A stretch of 61,973 nt of DNA, filler included, from Actinomycetota bacterium (GCA_046725875.1; 5 parts of 5 records of this genome joined end to end with filler, not necessarily neighbours in it); one strand, 5' to 3'; counted from the whole stretch's first letter, positions 30,915 through 40,980 are shown. Notes: generated by a model not told the origin, from the sequence alone. Numbers and translations are program-made.

Positions 30915-31637
30915 CTACTGGCACGCGTGTCGCACTGGAGGGGCGGGCTCCTTACCGAGCCACGCCTCCTGCAGCGCGTGCAGCTCGGCGGGGCTGCTCT
31001 CCCGGGCGAGGTACGGAATCTCGAGCAGATGCCGGCGCTCCTCCACGGGGATGAGCTGGCGAACGACAGCCGGGTCTTGCAGGATTTGACCGTAGAGCGC
31101 CGCGCCGTCCATGCAGAAGACATCGACGAGTGTGAGCCGGCCATCCACCGACTGCCGGACGTTGCCCTGGTTGAGGTCGATGCCGTCCCACCACGGCAAG
31201 CGGGCTCGGTACTCCTCGTCGACTGCCAGCGCCGCCGCCTTCACCACGCTGAGCTCGGCATCGCCCTCATCCTGCTTCCACTGACGGATCAACTGCGTGG
31301 CGGCCGCTTCCTGTGCCGGCGCCAGCAACTCCAGCACGGTCAGGGAGCCGCCCCCGTCGAGAGCAGCCGTCAGGTCGATGTGCGGCAGATACCGGCACCC
31401 AGCGCAACGGCGGCACAGCTCCAGAAAGGCCGAGTACGCCGGGTCAAAGGGGCAGATCCGAGCGGCGAGCCTGCCGCTCGGGGAACGCAGCGCGACAGCC
31501 TAGTCTCCGACCCCGCACAGCGTCCAGCCGAGCAAGACCAGTTCAACCAGCGTCTCGCGGTGCGACCGCGTCGCCCAACTCCGATCGGCCACGGCAGCGA
31601 CGTCGGAATCGGCCCCAGCCCGCTCGCTAATCGACAC
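30915..31637 (-). pseudogene. Kinase-like hypothetical protein interrupted by one in-frame TAG (31500-31502)
   Basis: ORFs 31500..31697 and 30915..31337 share a frame and are joined by open sequence (GVGD*AVALRSP...CPFDPAY); DLNQGNV and LVDVF resemble kinase catalytic and DFG loops. Confidence 0.6.
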
Positions 31638-31913
31638 CCGACCAGCGTAGGCACGGCGACCGGAGTGCCGACCCATCCCAACCCTCGCTGGCAACACTCA
31701 CATACCGGCAAGCCGTGTTTGCTCGAACGGGGACTGCTGGGCGCGGGTGCTGGCAGTCCCGCTGTCCCGACGGTTGCATTGTGGGGCAGGCGTCAGCCGC
31801 GGCGCACAGCCGAGCGGCACGAATGGGGCCGGCATATACCCCAGGTGTGCCGTTGTAAGGAGTTCGTTGAGGCAGAAACATCTGACTACTTCCGCTAAGT
31901 TTCGTCTGCCCAG

Positions 31914-33143
31914 CTATCTGCGCAGTGATCGGAACGCGACACGCATCTCTTGTGAGAAGAGTTGCGGCTGTTCCCACGCGGCGAAATGGCCGCCGCGGTC
32001 GAGCCTGTTGTAGTGGATCAGGTTGTCGCGGTACGCCCGCTCGGCCCAGCTTCTGGGCGCCTGATATAGCTCGTCGGGGAAGACGCTGATCGCGAACGGG
32101 ATGGAGATGTCCTTGGCGTCGAAGAAGGCCGCCTTGTTCTCCCAATACAGACGAGCCGCTGAGACCCCGGTGTTCGTCAGCCAGTAGAGCGTGATGTTGT
32201 CCAGGATGTCGTCTCGGGTGAGATCGCCGGGCAGGCGTCCCGCCAGGATCTGCGCAATGAGCCCGGGCTGGCCCGTGCCGTCGCCGTGGTCGATCGCGAA
32301 CGCCGCGAGATCAATGGGCGAGTCCGCCAGGCCGTAGAGCGTCTGTGGACGTGTCGCCATGATCCGGGCGTAGGCGACGTGCTTCGCATAGAAGGCGCTC
32401 AGCTGATCGTAGGCGCGCCGCTCCTCGTCCGACAGACCGGGCGGCGGCGGCTCGCCACGCAGGTAGCCGTTCACCTCCGGCGGCGCGGTGCCGGGCATGT
32501 TGGAGTGGATCCCGAGCAGCTCCGGCGGGGCCTGCTGACCCATCTGCTGCGTGACGGCTGCACCCCAGTCGCCGCCCTGCGCCACGAAGCGGGAGTAGCC
32601 GAGGCGCTTCATCAGCACCACCCAGGCACGTGCGATGCGAGCCGGATCCCAGCCGGTGGCGGTCGGCTTGCCGGAGAACCCGTGGCCCGGCAGCGAAGGA
32701 ACTACCAGATGGAACGCATCCTGCGCGCTCGCGCCGTGTGCCGTCGGGTTGGTGAGAGGGTCGATGATCTTCAGCTGCTCGATGATCGAGCCCGGCCACC
32801 CGTGCGTGACGATCAGCGGCAGCGCATCCTGATGCTGGGAGCGGACGTGGATGAAATGAATGGCGAGCCCGTCGATCTCGGTTATGAAGTTCGGGTGGGC
32901 GTTTAGCTTCCTCTCGCACTTGCCCCAGTCGTAGTCCGTCCCCCAGTAGCGCGCGAGCTCCTGCATCAGCGCGAGGGGCACGCCCTGCGAGTCGTCGGTA
33001 ACCGTCTCGCGCTCGGGCCACCTGGTCGCGTTTATGCGCCTCTGCAGCTCGGTGAGCTCCGCCTCCGCAAAATCGACGTGAAACGGGCGAATAGCGGTCT
33101 GATCACGGCCCGCTTGCTCCGCTGATGGGGTCGTCGCGGACAT
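31914..33143 (-). CDS. Epoxide hydrolase (microsomal type)
   Basis: IRPFHV N-terminal domain, HGWPGS, QGGDWG nucleophile, [10 protein letters not shown]. Confidence 0.93.
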   Translation of the reverse strand: MSATTPSAEQAGRDQTAIRPFHVDFAEAELTELQRRINATRWPERETVTDDSQGVPLALMQELARYWGTDYDWGKCERKLNAHPNFITEIDGLAIHFIHVRSQHQDALPLIVTHGWPGSIIEQLKIIDPLTNPTAHGASAQDAFHLVVPSLPGHGFSGKPTATGWDPARIARAWVVLMKRLGYSRFVAQGGDWGAAVTQQMGQQAPPELLGIHSNMPGTAPPEVNGYLRGEPPPPGLSDEERRAYDQLSAFYAKHVAYARIMATRPQTLYGLADSPIDLAAFAIDHGDGTGQPGLIAQILAGRLPGDLTRDDILDNITLYWLTNTGVSAARLYWENKAAFFDAKDISIPFAISVFPDELYQAPRSWAERAYRDNLIHYNRLDRGGHFAAWEQPQLFSQEMRVAFRSLRR

Positions 33144-33287
33144 AACCCCTCCCGAGTACCAGTGGATGATCCGTCGTCCTGATGTCCCTACCGCTGTGGG
33201 CTCGCTGGTCCGCGCTCGCTCCCTGGTCTGCAGTGGCACCCTTGATCATTGATCAGGGTGCCACTGCTTTCTGCTCGAGAAGCTGCC

Positions 33288-33749
33288 TCAGCTCGGCGGC
33301 GCATCCACGTCGCCTCGCCATGCCCCGGTCTCGAGTCCCCGCGTCTCGATGAACGACTTGAACCGTTCGAGATCACCGGCAGCGCGCCGACGAACCAGGC
33401 CTAGCTTGTCCCCGGTCGCCTCAACGATGCCGTCCGGGTCAAACTCAAGTTGGAGCATTACGCGGGTGCGTCCTTCGTCGAGTCGATGAAAGGTGACGAC
33501 GCCCGCATTTGCGGCACCCTCAGTTGCCCGCCAGGCGACACGCTCATCAGGGTGTTGCTCGGTGATCTCCGCGTCCCATTCCCGGCGGACGCCGCCGATG
33601 TCTGCGACCCAGTGCAGGTGCGTGTCGTTGAGCTGGGCGACCGACTCCACGCCCTCCATGAATCGGGGAAACTCCTCAAACTGGGTCCACTGGTTGTAAG
33701 CAGTGCTGACCGGGACATTGACATCGATGCTTTGCTCAACCGTGCTCAC
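33288..33749 (-). CDS. SRPBCC/START cyclase-dehydrase family protein
   Basis: AYNQWTQFEEFPRFM, EWDAEITEQHPDERVAW, GDLERFKSFIE; AGGAG RBS. Confidence 0.92.
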   Translation of the reverse strand: MSTVEQSIDVNVPVSTAYNQWTQFEEFPRFMEGVESVAQLNDTHLHWVADIGGVRREWDAEITEQHPDERVAWRATEGAANAGVVTFHRLDEGRTRVMLQLEFDPDGIVEATGDKLGLVRRRAAGDLERFKSFIETRGLETGAWRGDVDAPPS

Positions 33750-34028
33750 TACTCTCCTCTAGGTTTGGGTCATACCGTTGACGCCTCCCACTACCCTCCA
33801 CAGACCACCTAAATCGGTGCTTTGTCGGGCGCGGCGGCGAGCATTTATTCACTGCCCGGGTCACCCGCTCGCGATCCCCGTCGGCGCTGGGACGGAAGAG
33901 ACTGGCGACTCGCGGGTGCACGGGACTGCGGACGTCGAAGGATCGGCTTTCGCCCGCTGAGTTGGAACCGCCCCGCGCGGTCCCACCCCCGTCTCGACCG
34001 GAACGCGCGGGGCGGAACTTCCCAGGGC

Positions 34029-34268
34029 TCAGGCCGCCATGGCCTCACGCCGAGCGGCCCAGCGCTGACGCAGCGCCCGCACCTGCGTGACCTGGTAGGC
34101 CGCAGAGAGGCCGACGAGGCCGTAGACGACCCGGCTGGCGATGTTCGTCTCGCCGAAGTCGAGACCGAAGAGCGCCGCAACCAAGTCGAATCGGGCGATC
34201 GAGACGAGACCCCAATTCAGGCCGCCGACCACGACCAACGCTGCAGTGATGATGTCTAGCCTTCGCAT
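34029..34268 (-). CDS. DUF378 family small membrane protein
   Basis: LVVVGGLNWGLV...FDLVAALFG...SRVVYGLVGLSA; GGAGG RBS. Confidence 0.88.
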   Translation of the reverse strand: MRRLDIITAALVVVGGLNWGLVSIARFDLVAALFGLDFGETNIASRVVYGLVGLSAAYQVTQVRALRQRWAARREAMAA

Positions 34269-34269
34269 G

Positions 34270-34354
34270 TGTCTAACCTCCGTCTAGGGCTTGTACAGGA
34301 CCATACGTACCCTTCGGTGATGCTGTCAAGGCTCTGTCAAAGGATCTGTAGAAT
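34270..34354. promoter_or_regulatory. Divergent promoters overlaid by CarH-type direct-repeat operators
   Basis: TGTnnA-type hexamers at 34270, 34281 (CGTCTA, one mismatch), 34292 and at 34324, 34335, 34347 (11,11 and 11,12 bp spacing). Minus-strand TTGACA-N18-TATGGT (34329-34300); plus-strand TAGAAT 8 nt before the regulator ATG. Confidence 0.75.
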
Positions 34355-34362
34355 GTTTCGGC

Positions 34363-35274
34363 ATGCATCAGAAGGCGCTGCGGATTGGTGAGCTGAGCCG
34401 TCGTGTCGGTGTGAGTGACCATGTGTTGCGGGCATGGGAGCGCCGCTATGGACTTCTCGAGCCGGCCCGCTCGTCGGCGGGATACCGCCTCTACTCCGAT
34501 GCGGATGAGCGCCGCGTCCGTCGTATGCAGGCACACCTCGCGCAAGGCATGTCCACCGCCGAAGCGGCTACCGCCGTGCTGGACGAGGAACGCACATCCC
34601 CAGCCGCATTCGAGTCGATGGATGTCGAGGATCGCTCTACCTTTGCCGAGGCCATCCACGCTCTAGCCGCGAGCCTGGACGAGTTCAACGAGCGCGGGGC
34701 ACAAGCGGCGCTCGACCGGCTGTTCACCGACTTCACCGTCGAGACGGTGCTGCGCGACGCGATCATGCCCTACCTGCGTGAGCTCGGCGAGCGATGGGCA
34801 CAGCAGGAGCTGAGTGTTGGCCAGGAGCATTTCGCGAGCAACCTCATCCGCGGCCGCCTAGCAAGCCTCGCCCGGGGCTGGGGTCACGGCCATGGGCCCA
34901 GAGCGATCCTCGCCTGCGCCCCGGGCGAGCAACACGACCTCGGCCTGCTCGCATTCGGCATCGTGCTGCATCGCAACGGCTGGCGGGTGGAATACCTCGG
35001 TGCCGACACTCCCCTCGATGATCTGCTCCGGGCAGCGGTCGACCTGCAGGCCGACCTCGCCGTCGTCGCTGCCGTAACCGCGGAACGGTTCGACGGGCAT
35101 ACCGCCGACCTGGCACGGCTCGCTCGCATCCGCCCGCTTGCGATCGCGGGCGGCGGGGCGACACCTTCTCTGGCGCACGCGGTCGGCGCCCGCCTGCTCG
35201 CCGAAGATCCGATAACCGAGGCGGAGCGGATGCCGGCACCACCCTTGTCGGATCTGATGACGAGAGGAGGATGA
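34363..35274 (+). CDS. MerR-family cobalamin-binding regulator (CarH/LitR-type photoreceptor)
   Basis: HTH with LRAWERRYGLL.P.R..GYRLYS, W-x9/10-EH motif (RWAQQELSVGQEHFAS), B12-binding EQHDLG and YLGADTP. Confidence 0.9.
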   Translation: MHQKALRIGELSRRVGVSDHVLRAWERRYGLLEPARSSAGYRLYSDADERRVRRMQAHLAQGMSTAEAATAVLDEERTSPAAFESMDVEDRSTFAEAIHALAASLDEFNERGAQAALDRLFTDFTVETVLRDAIMPYLRELGERWAQQELSVGQEHFASNLIRGRLASLARGWGHGHGPRAILACAPGEQHDLGLLAFGIVLHRNGWRVEYLGADTPLDDLLRAAVDLQADLAVVAAVTAERFDGHTADLARLARIRPLAIAGGGATPSLAHAVGARLLAEDPITEAERMPAPPLSDLMTRGG

Positions 35275-35384
35275 AACGCCGCGTCGGACTCAAATGAGGG
35301 CAGTCACCAACAAAGCCTGCTCGACCTAAACCTGGTAGCGCGATTGCTGGTAGTCCGCGTTGAGGACGATGAAGTCAGCGGTGT

Positions 35385-35465
35385 GCCTGCCACGAGCTGG
35401 TATTCGTGGATCAGCCCGCCAAGTACATCCACCCGGCGAGGGTCGCGCCGGCCGGTCGGCGGGCA
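35385..35465 (-). mobile_element. Integrase-core transposase C-terminal remnant
   Basis: RRVDVLGGLIHEYQLVA resembles the RRxxLGGLIxEY C-terminus of actinobacterial rve-type transposases. Confidence 0.55.
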
Positions 35466-35518
35466 TCTCCAGCGGCGGACGAGTTCCCGATGCCAGCGCC
35501 GCGCCGTAGGTTGGACTC

Positions 35519-36613
35519 GTGCCAGAACAGCAGGATCGAGCGGCGATCTGGGCTCGATGCGAACGTGTGGTCGGTGCGTTTTCGCCCGCTGAACGCGACC
35601 CGCGGTTAACGCTGCGTACTCTTGCGGAGCGGGCGCCGTCCAACGAGGAGGTGGACCGGTACGGTGAGCGGGCACTCGCGGAACGGCTGGAGGCGCGCGT
35701 AGCGGCCTTGCTCGGCAAAGAGGCTGCGGTTTGGATGCCGTCCGGGACCATGGCGCAGCAGATTGCCCTGCGGATTCACTGCGACCGGCGCGCGAACCGG
35801 CGGATCGCGTTTCATCCGCAATGTCACCTTGATGTGCACGAGGAGCGCGGTTACGCGCAGCTCCACGGGCTGGTCGCAGACCTGCTCGGGTCGCGTGAAC
35901 GACTGCCGACACCGCCCGACCTCGAGGCCGTCCGCGAGCCGCTTGCCGCCGTCGTGCTCGAGCTGCCGGCGCGAGAACTCGGCGGACAGCTGCCGCCGTG
36001 GGAAGAACTAGTCGCCTTTTGTGCCAAGGCGCGGGAACGTGAGATCGCACTCCACATGGACGGCGCGCGGCTCTGGCAGTGTGCACCGTTCTACGAGCGC
36101 AGCCTGGACGAGATCGCGGACTTGTTCGACACGGTCTACGTCTCGTTCTACAAGGACCTCGGAGCGCCGGCCGGCGCCGCGCTGGCCGGAACGAAGGCCA
36201 TGGTAGACGAAGCGCGGGTATGGCAGGTCCGACACGGCGGCCGGCTCTTCACCGCGTATCCGTTCCTGATCGCAGCCGAGCGAGGCCTCGACGAGGTGCT
36301 ACCTCGGATGTCCGAGTTCGTCGCACGCGCGAAAGAACTCGCGGCGGCGTTGGGGGACCTCGAGGGGGTCGAGATCGTTCCCAATCCGCCGCAGACTGCG
36401 ATGTTCCACCTCCTCGTGCGTCGCAAGCTTGAGCCGTTGAACAAGGCCGCGCTCGACATCGCGAACCGCACGAAAACCTTCATCGGCTACTTCGCAGCGA
36501 CCGAACTTCCCAGCGTGCAGACCACCGAGCTGACGGTCGGAGGCGCGAGCATCGAAGTCGCGGTCGACGAGGCTCGCGAGCTCTACAACGAGCTCTTGAC
36601 CGCGTCGCTATGA
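35519..36613 (+). CDS. Low-specificity threonine aldolase (PLP beta-eliminating lyase family)
   Basis: MPSGTMAQQIAL, HMDGARLW, YVSFYK (PLP lysine). Confidence 0.9.
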   Translation: MPEQQDRAAIWARCERVVGAFSPAERDPRLTLRTLAERAPSNEEVDRYGERALAERLEARVAALLGKEAAVWMPSGTMAQQIALRIHCDRRANRRIAFHPQCHLDVHEERGYAQLHGLVADLLGSRERLPTPPDLEAVREPLAAVVLELPARELGGQLPPWEELVAFCAKAREREIALHMDGARLWQCAPFYERSLDEIADLFDTVYVSFYKDLGAPAGAALAGTKAMVDEARVWQVRHGGRLFTAYPFLIAAERGLDEVLPRMSEFVARAKELAAALGDLEGVEIVPNPPQTAMFHLLVRRKLEPLNKAALDIANRTKTFIGYFAATELPSVQTTELTVGGASIEVAVDEARELYNELLTASL

Positions 36614-36621
36614 CGTGGGCG

Positions 36622-36646
36622 AAGTCTCGGCTACGCCGAGACTTTT
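36622..36646 (+). terminator. Intrinsic terminator
   Basis: 10-bp stem AAGTCTCGGC/GCCGAGACTT ending in TTTT, just after the aldolase stop. Confidence 0.7.
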
Positions 36647-37261
36647 GGCAGTTCGAGTTGAAGTCGCAGCGGTATCACGCTGACGAATCAGCAGTCAAGC
36701 CGGCAATCCCGGTCTTAGCGGCCGCATAGTTCGGCCGTAGATCGAGTACATCGATCCGCCGTTGATGATCTCCCCGGCTCGCCTCGGTGCCATCGCCTGC
36801 GAGCTGCTTGGCGACCCGAACGATCCGTCGTCCCGCACGGCTGGGAGGATGCGTGGCAGGTCATTTTGCTGTGGGTCGTACTCGAGGTCATCGCGATGGC
36901 GGACATCTCGACCGGCCGTGAGGCGGCCCGCGCTCGGGAGCCAGCTGCGCAGTGTCGGCCTCCGGACCACTGCGGATCTTGCCGCATCTCTGAAAGTTGC
37001 ACCCCACAAGCTGCCATGATGACGACGGCCTCGATCCCGGCTAGCCGATCGGGCAGCAGCCCAGACCCATCGCACTGACCCGATGCCGGACCGTCCCAGA
37101 CTCGGCTGCACCCCGCCAGCCTAGGTCGCCATGTCTCTATGGCCCGCGTGGACGCCTCCAGTGACCAGGAGCCGGCAGCGTTCGTCGTCACACAACAGCG
37201 GGGTGAGCCGCTCCCATGGCTGCGGCTCATCCGGCCACGCCAGAGCGTGAAGGTTGGGCCG

Positions 37262-37380
37262 GGAGCATCGCGGGGCTGGTGAGCCCGGCGTGGATCGACG
37301 TAATGTTGGCCATCGCGCCCGAACCGTTGGCCACCATGTGCGGCAGCACATGCTTCGAGGTCAGCCAGCTCGCCCCGGAG
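37262..37380 (-). pseudogene. Short-chain dehydrogenase internal remnant
   Basis: GASWLTSKHVLPHMVANGSGAMANITSIHA; a second SDR-like scrap (GEIINGGSMYSIYG) lies near 36735-36790. Confidence 0.55.
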
Positions 37381-37576
37381 GTAGGTCGACATTACCGATA
37401 CCTTCAAGATCGGGGTCGGGTCGCTTAAGGCGCACCGGGAGTGCATCGACGGCCGCGGCTGGGAGAACTTCGACCCGGCCGGATTCCTCGAGGCCCGAGC
37501 CCAGCAGACCGGGACCCGGCTGGGCCTCCCGATGGCGGTCGGCTTCGAGGTCTACGACCTCGGCGCGGGATAGTCA

Positions 37577-38407
37577 ATGGCTCGGCTCGGCGCGGCCGAC
37601 CGCGCTACCCTGCCCGACAGCGCGTTCGCGTACGTCGATTCGCGGGGCCGGCGCAGACTGCCTATCCATGACGCGTCGCACGTCCGCAACGCACTGGCTC
37701 GGTTCAACCAGGTCGCGTTCGAGGACGAGGAAGCTCGCGACCGTGCCCGCACTCGGCTGCTGAGGGCGGCCAGGAAGTATCGAATCGTGCCGGTCGGGTT
37801 CATTGCCACGCAGCTTCGCTCGGAGCGTGCGCGTTCTGCGTTCGGCGACCCCGCCCCCCTGCCGTCGGGTTTCGTGACGCTGCTGATGACCGACGTCGAG
37901 GAGTCGACCGCGCTGGTGCAGCGTCTGCGTGAACGGTACGGCAAGCTGCTCGACGGCATCCGCGCGCAGCAAACCGACGCGGTGTCCGCCGCTGGCGGTC
38001 TGGTGGTCGACTCCCGCGCCGACGACTTCTTCGCCGCGTTCGAGACCCCGCGGGCCGGCCTCGAGGCGGCCGTCGCGATCCAGCGATCGCTCCGCGAACG
38101 ATCCTGGGCCGAGAATCTGCGTGTACGGGTTCGCGCCGGCATCCATAGCGGCTACCCGACGCTCAGCGGCGCCGCCTACATCGGTCTGGCCGTTCACACT
38201 ACGGCACGGGTCTGCGGGATTGCCCAGGGCGGGCAGATCCTCGTCTCCGGCGACGCCCGGCTTGCCGCGCGCGAGTCGGCACCCGCCGGCGTACGCTTCC
38301 GCAGTCTCGGGGACTTCCGTCTCCGCGGACTCCCCGACCCAGTCGCGCTCTACCAAGTGGTAGCCCGCGGCCTCCCTACCAGCTTCCCGCCACCACAACC
38401 CGGCTGA
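37577..38407 (+). CDS. Class III nucleotide cyclase with N-terminal DUF6582-like domain
   Basis: N-terminus LPDSAFAY...LPIHDASHVRNALARFNQV; cyclase motifs TDVEEST, ADDFF, RAGIHSG, GLAVHTTARV, GGQILVS. Confidence 0.85.
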   Translation: MARLGAADRATLPDSAFAYVDSRGRRRLPIHDASHVRNALARFNQVAFEDEEARDRARTRLLRAARKYRIVPVGFIATQLRSERARSAFGDPAPLPSGFVTLLMTDVEESTALVQRLRERYGKLLDGIRAQQTDAVSAAGGLVVDSRADDFFAAFETPRAGLEAAVAIQRSLRERSWAENLRVRVRAGIHSGYPTLSGAAYIGLAVHTTARVCGIAQGGQILVSGDARLAARESAPAGVRFRSLGDFRLRGLPDPVALYQVVARGLPTSFPPPQPG

Positions 38408-38639
38408 CGCCACGCACCAACGGCGCGGCTGAGCAGTGCAGCCGAGAAGGACGAGGCGCGAAGCCCACTCGCCAGCACGGGGCGAACGCCAAACCCGGCC
38501 GACCACGGCCTGGGCGACGCAGGACGCGACTATGGATGACGACGGTGTCAAACCGACTTGTCGGCGAGTTTGAGTGTCGAGGAGAGTGTGGGCAGCTGCC
38601 GGGCGGCCCGGAGGTTCCTGGTGGAACGATGTGTGCGTG

Positions 38640-39338
38640 GTGCTGGAGGCTGAGCGCCGCCAGGTGGTCGAGTACTGCCGCAGGCTGCGACCGGACGACC
38701 TCGTGGTCGCGACCTCGGGCAACATCTCAGTCCGGTCCGGTGACATGCTCGCGGTGACGCCAACCGGGGTGGACTATGACGAGTTGACCCCGGACCTGAT
38801 TGGCCTCTACCGGCTCGACGGCACCCCGGTGGAGGCACGGCTGGAGCCAACAACTGAGATGCCGCTGCATTTGGCGGTATACGAACACACCGATGCGCGA
38901 TCCGTGGTGCATACCCATTCGACCGCCGCCACGGCGGTCTCAACCCTGGTGGACGAGCTGCCGCCGATCCACTATCTGATCGCGATATTCGGGGGTCCGG
39001 TCCGCGTCGCTCGCTACGCGACCTACGGCACCGACGACCTAGCCACGGAAGCAGTCGAAGCGCTGGGCGGCCGAACAGCGTGCATTCTCGGGAACCACGG
39101 CGCAGTCACCGTCGGCGGAACGCTCGCCGACGCATACACCAGGGCCGTCTATCTCGAGTGGCTCTGTGATGTGTGGCTGAGGGCGAGCGCAGTTGGTCGA
39201 CCGCGGTTGCTGCCGGTGGCGGAGCTCGAGCGGGTGCGGCGCAAAATTGCCACTTATGGCCCGTCCCAACCGCAAGATCAAGCCGCGCATTGGGCCTCCA
39301 CCGACGACGCTCGGACGCCACGGCGGGACACGAAGTGA
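38640..39338 (+). CDS. Class II aldolase/adducin family protein (FucA/Ald2-like)
   Basis: TSGNISVR, TPTG, PTTEMPLH, VHTHS and NHG metal-binding motifs. Confidence 0.9.
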   Translation: MLEAERRQVVEYCRRLRPDDLVVATSGNISVRSGDMLAVTPTGVDYDELTPDLIGLYRLDGTPVEARLEPTTEMPLHLAVYEHTDARSVVHTHSTAATAVSTLVDELPPIHYLIAIFGGPVRVARYATYGTDDLATEAVEALGGRTACILGNHGAVTVGGTLADAYTRAVYLEWLCDVWLRASAVGRPRLLPVAELERVRRKIATYGPSQPQDQAAHWASTDDARTPRRDTK

Positions 39339-39345
39339 CGACGTG

Positions 39346-40338
39346 TCACGTCTGACTGTCGGATCCCTTGAAGATCCGCTCCTCCGTGACGATCGCAGTC
39401 ACCAAATCCACCGGTGTGACGTCGAAGGCAGGGTTGAATGCCTCCGCGCCGTCCGGGGCGATCGGCTGACCGCCCAAGTGTGTGACCTCCTCCGCGGCGC
39501 GCTGCTCAATGGCAATTCCGCGACCGTTCGGAAGCGACAGGTCGAGGGTCGACTCGGGCGCTACTACGACGAACGGAATGCCTTGCCTTGCAGCGGCTAG
39601 GGCCAGGCCATACGTGCCGATTTTGTTCGCGACATCGCCGTTCGCGGCAATCCGATCCGCGCCGACCAGCACACAGTCAACGAGGCCCTGGGCTATCGCA
39701 GCAGCGGCCGCCGCGTCGGGGCAGAGCCGGTAGGGGATGCCGGCCTCGGCCAGCTCGAATGCGGTAAGTCGGCTTCCCTGTAGCAAGGGCCGCGTCTCGT
39801 CGGCAAGCACGTACTCGATTTCGTTTGCGTCGGCCAGGTGGCGCACAGTTCCCAGGGCAGTTCCCCAGGCCACCGTGGCGAGCCGACCCGCATTGCAGTG
39901 GGTAAGGACGCGCAATGGTCGGCGCCCGCAGAACCGCAACACAAGGTCGGCTGCGCGCCGTGACGCCTCCCGATTCACCCTCTCGTCCTCGTTCAAAACG
40001 GCAAGCGCTTCGGCAAGCACCGCCTGGGGTCCCTCCGACAGCCGGCTCAGCGCGCGTCGCACGCCGAAAGAGAGATTTGCTGCGGTCGGCCGGGCACCGG
40101 CCAGTCGAGCTGCCTCCTCCCGCACTGTGGCCGCATCCCCAGCGTGCCGGCGGGCTGACTGGGCCACGCCTAGCGCCCCGGCCGCACCCAGGGCAGGGGC
40201 ACCCCGAATCGCGAGCCGCTTGATGGCATCGACTAGGTCATCGACCGTTGTCAACCGGAGCTTGCGATACTCGCGCGGCAGCGCGCACTGGTCGATAATC
40301 ACGATCGCGCCGGCGTCCCAGTCGATAGTGCGCTCCAC
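39346..40338 (-). CDS. mtnA: S-methyl-5-thioribose-1-phosphate isomerase
   Basis: IRGAPALG, RPTAANL, LTHCNAG.LAT, ETRPLLQG, GADRI, NKIGTY, NPAFDVTP; GTG 40338 after GGAGG. Confidence 0.94.
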   Translation of the reverse strand: MERTIDWDAGAIVIIDQCALPREYRKLRLTTVDDLVDAIKRLAIRGAPALGAAGALGVAQSARRHAGDAATVREEAARLAGARPTAANLSFGVRRALSRLSEGPQAVLAEALAVLNEDERVNREASRRAADLVLRFCGRRPLRVLTHCNAGRLATVAWGTALGTVRHLADANEIEYVLADETRPLLQGSRLTAFELAEAGIPYRLCPDAAAAAAIAQGLVDCVLVGADRIAANGDVANKIGTYGLALAAARQGIPFVVVAPESTLDLSLPNGRGIAIEQRAAEEVTHLGGQPIAPDGAEAFNPAFDVTPVDLVTAIVTEERIFKGSDSQT

Positions 40339-40911
40339 CGCTCCTCCCGCTCTGGTCGTGCTGGGTCTAGCTTTCACGTTTCAGGTTGCGCCAACCGCCT
40401 GCGCGGTTGTTGGCAATGACCTGCCTAAACATGGCATTCACAGGTTAACGGGCCACGCCGGTCCCAGCGTCCCGGTGAGCAAGATCGGTGCGGTCTTCGC
40501 TATCGGCGACCATGGAAGGTTCGCCGCAAACCAGCCGACCTCGACACCTCGCTCGCCAGCGCCGGAGGACGGCCCACTCGCTTGTCTGTGTGGCGGCCTC
40601 GTGATCGAGCGATGTTCAAGCTGAGCCATGAGCCAGGAGCAGGAACGGTCGATCTGCGCGCGTTGTGGCATCGTTCGGCGCGAGTGACCTGGGCCGGGAG
40701 TTGGCCGACCTCATCACGCGGATCGAGAGGGCCCGTGTCGCCGCGCGGACCGGGTCAGGATAAGCAGAGGTGACATCCTCCCTGCATTCGGCGGGCATCA
40801 CCCGCCTCCCCGCGCAACGACCCACACCTGCTGACCAAACCGGCGGCGGTAGTCATCGGTGGCCTCCCGTCCGTTAACTGCCAATAGTTCCCAGGCGCCG
40901 GGGGTGTGCGG

Positions 40912-40980
40912 CTCGAGTTCCTCGAGCGGCACCCGGCGGTGACCTGGGTGCGCTACCCGGGGCTGCCCTCCAACCCCATG
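40912..40980 (+). pseudogene. Scrap of a Cys/Met-metabolism PLP enzyme (cystathionine gamma-synthase-like)
   Basis: EFLERHPAVTWVRYPGLPSNP is typical of that family; flanks absent. Confidence 0.55.

Noticed and set aside
31500..31502. In-frame TAG as possible pyrrolysine or programmed readthrough
   Set aside because: No pyl genes are visible and other genes end normally in TAG; nonsense mutation or error is simpler.
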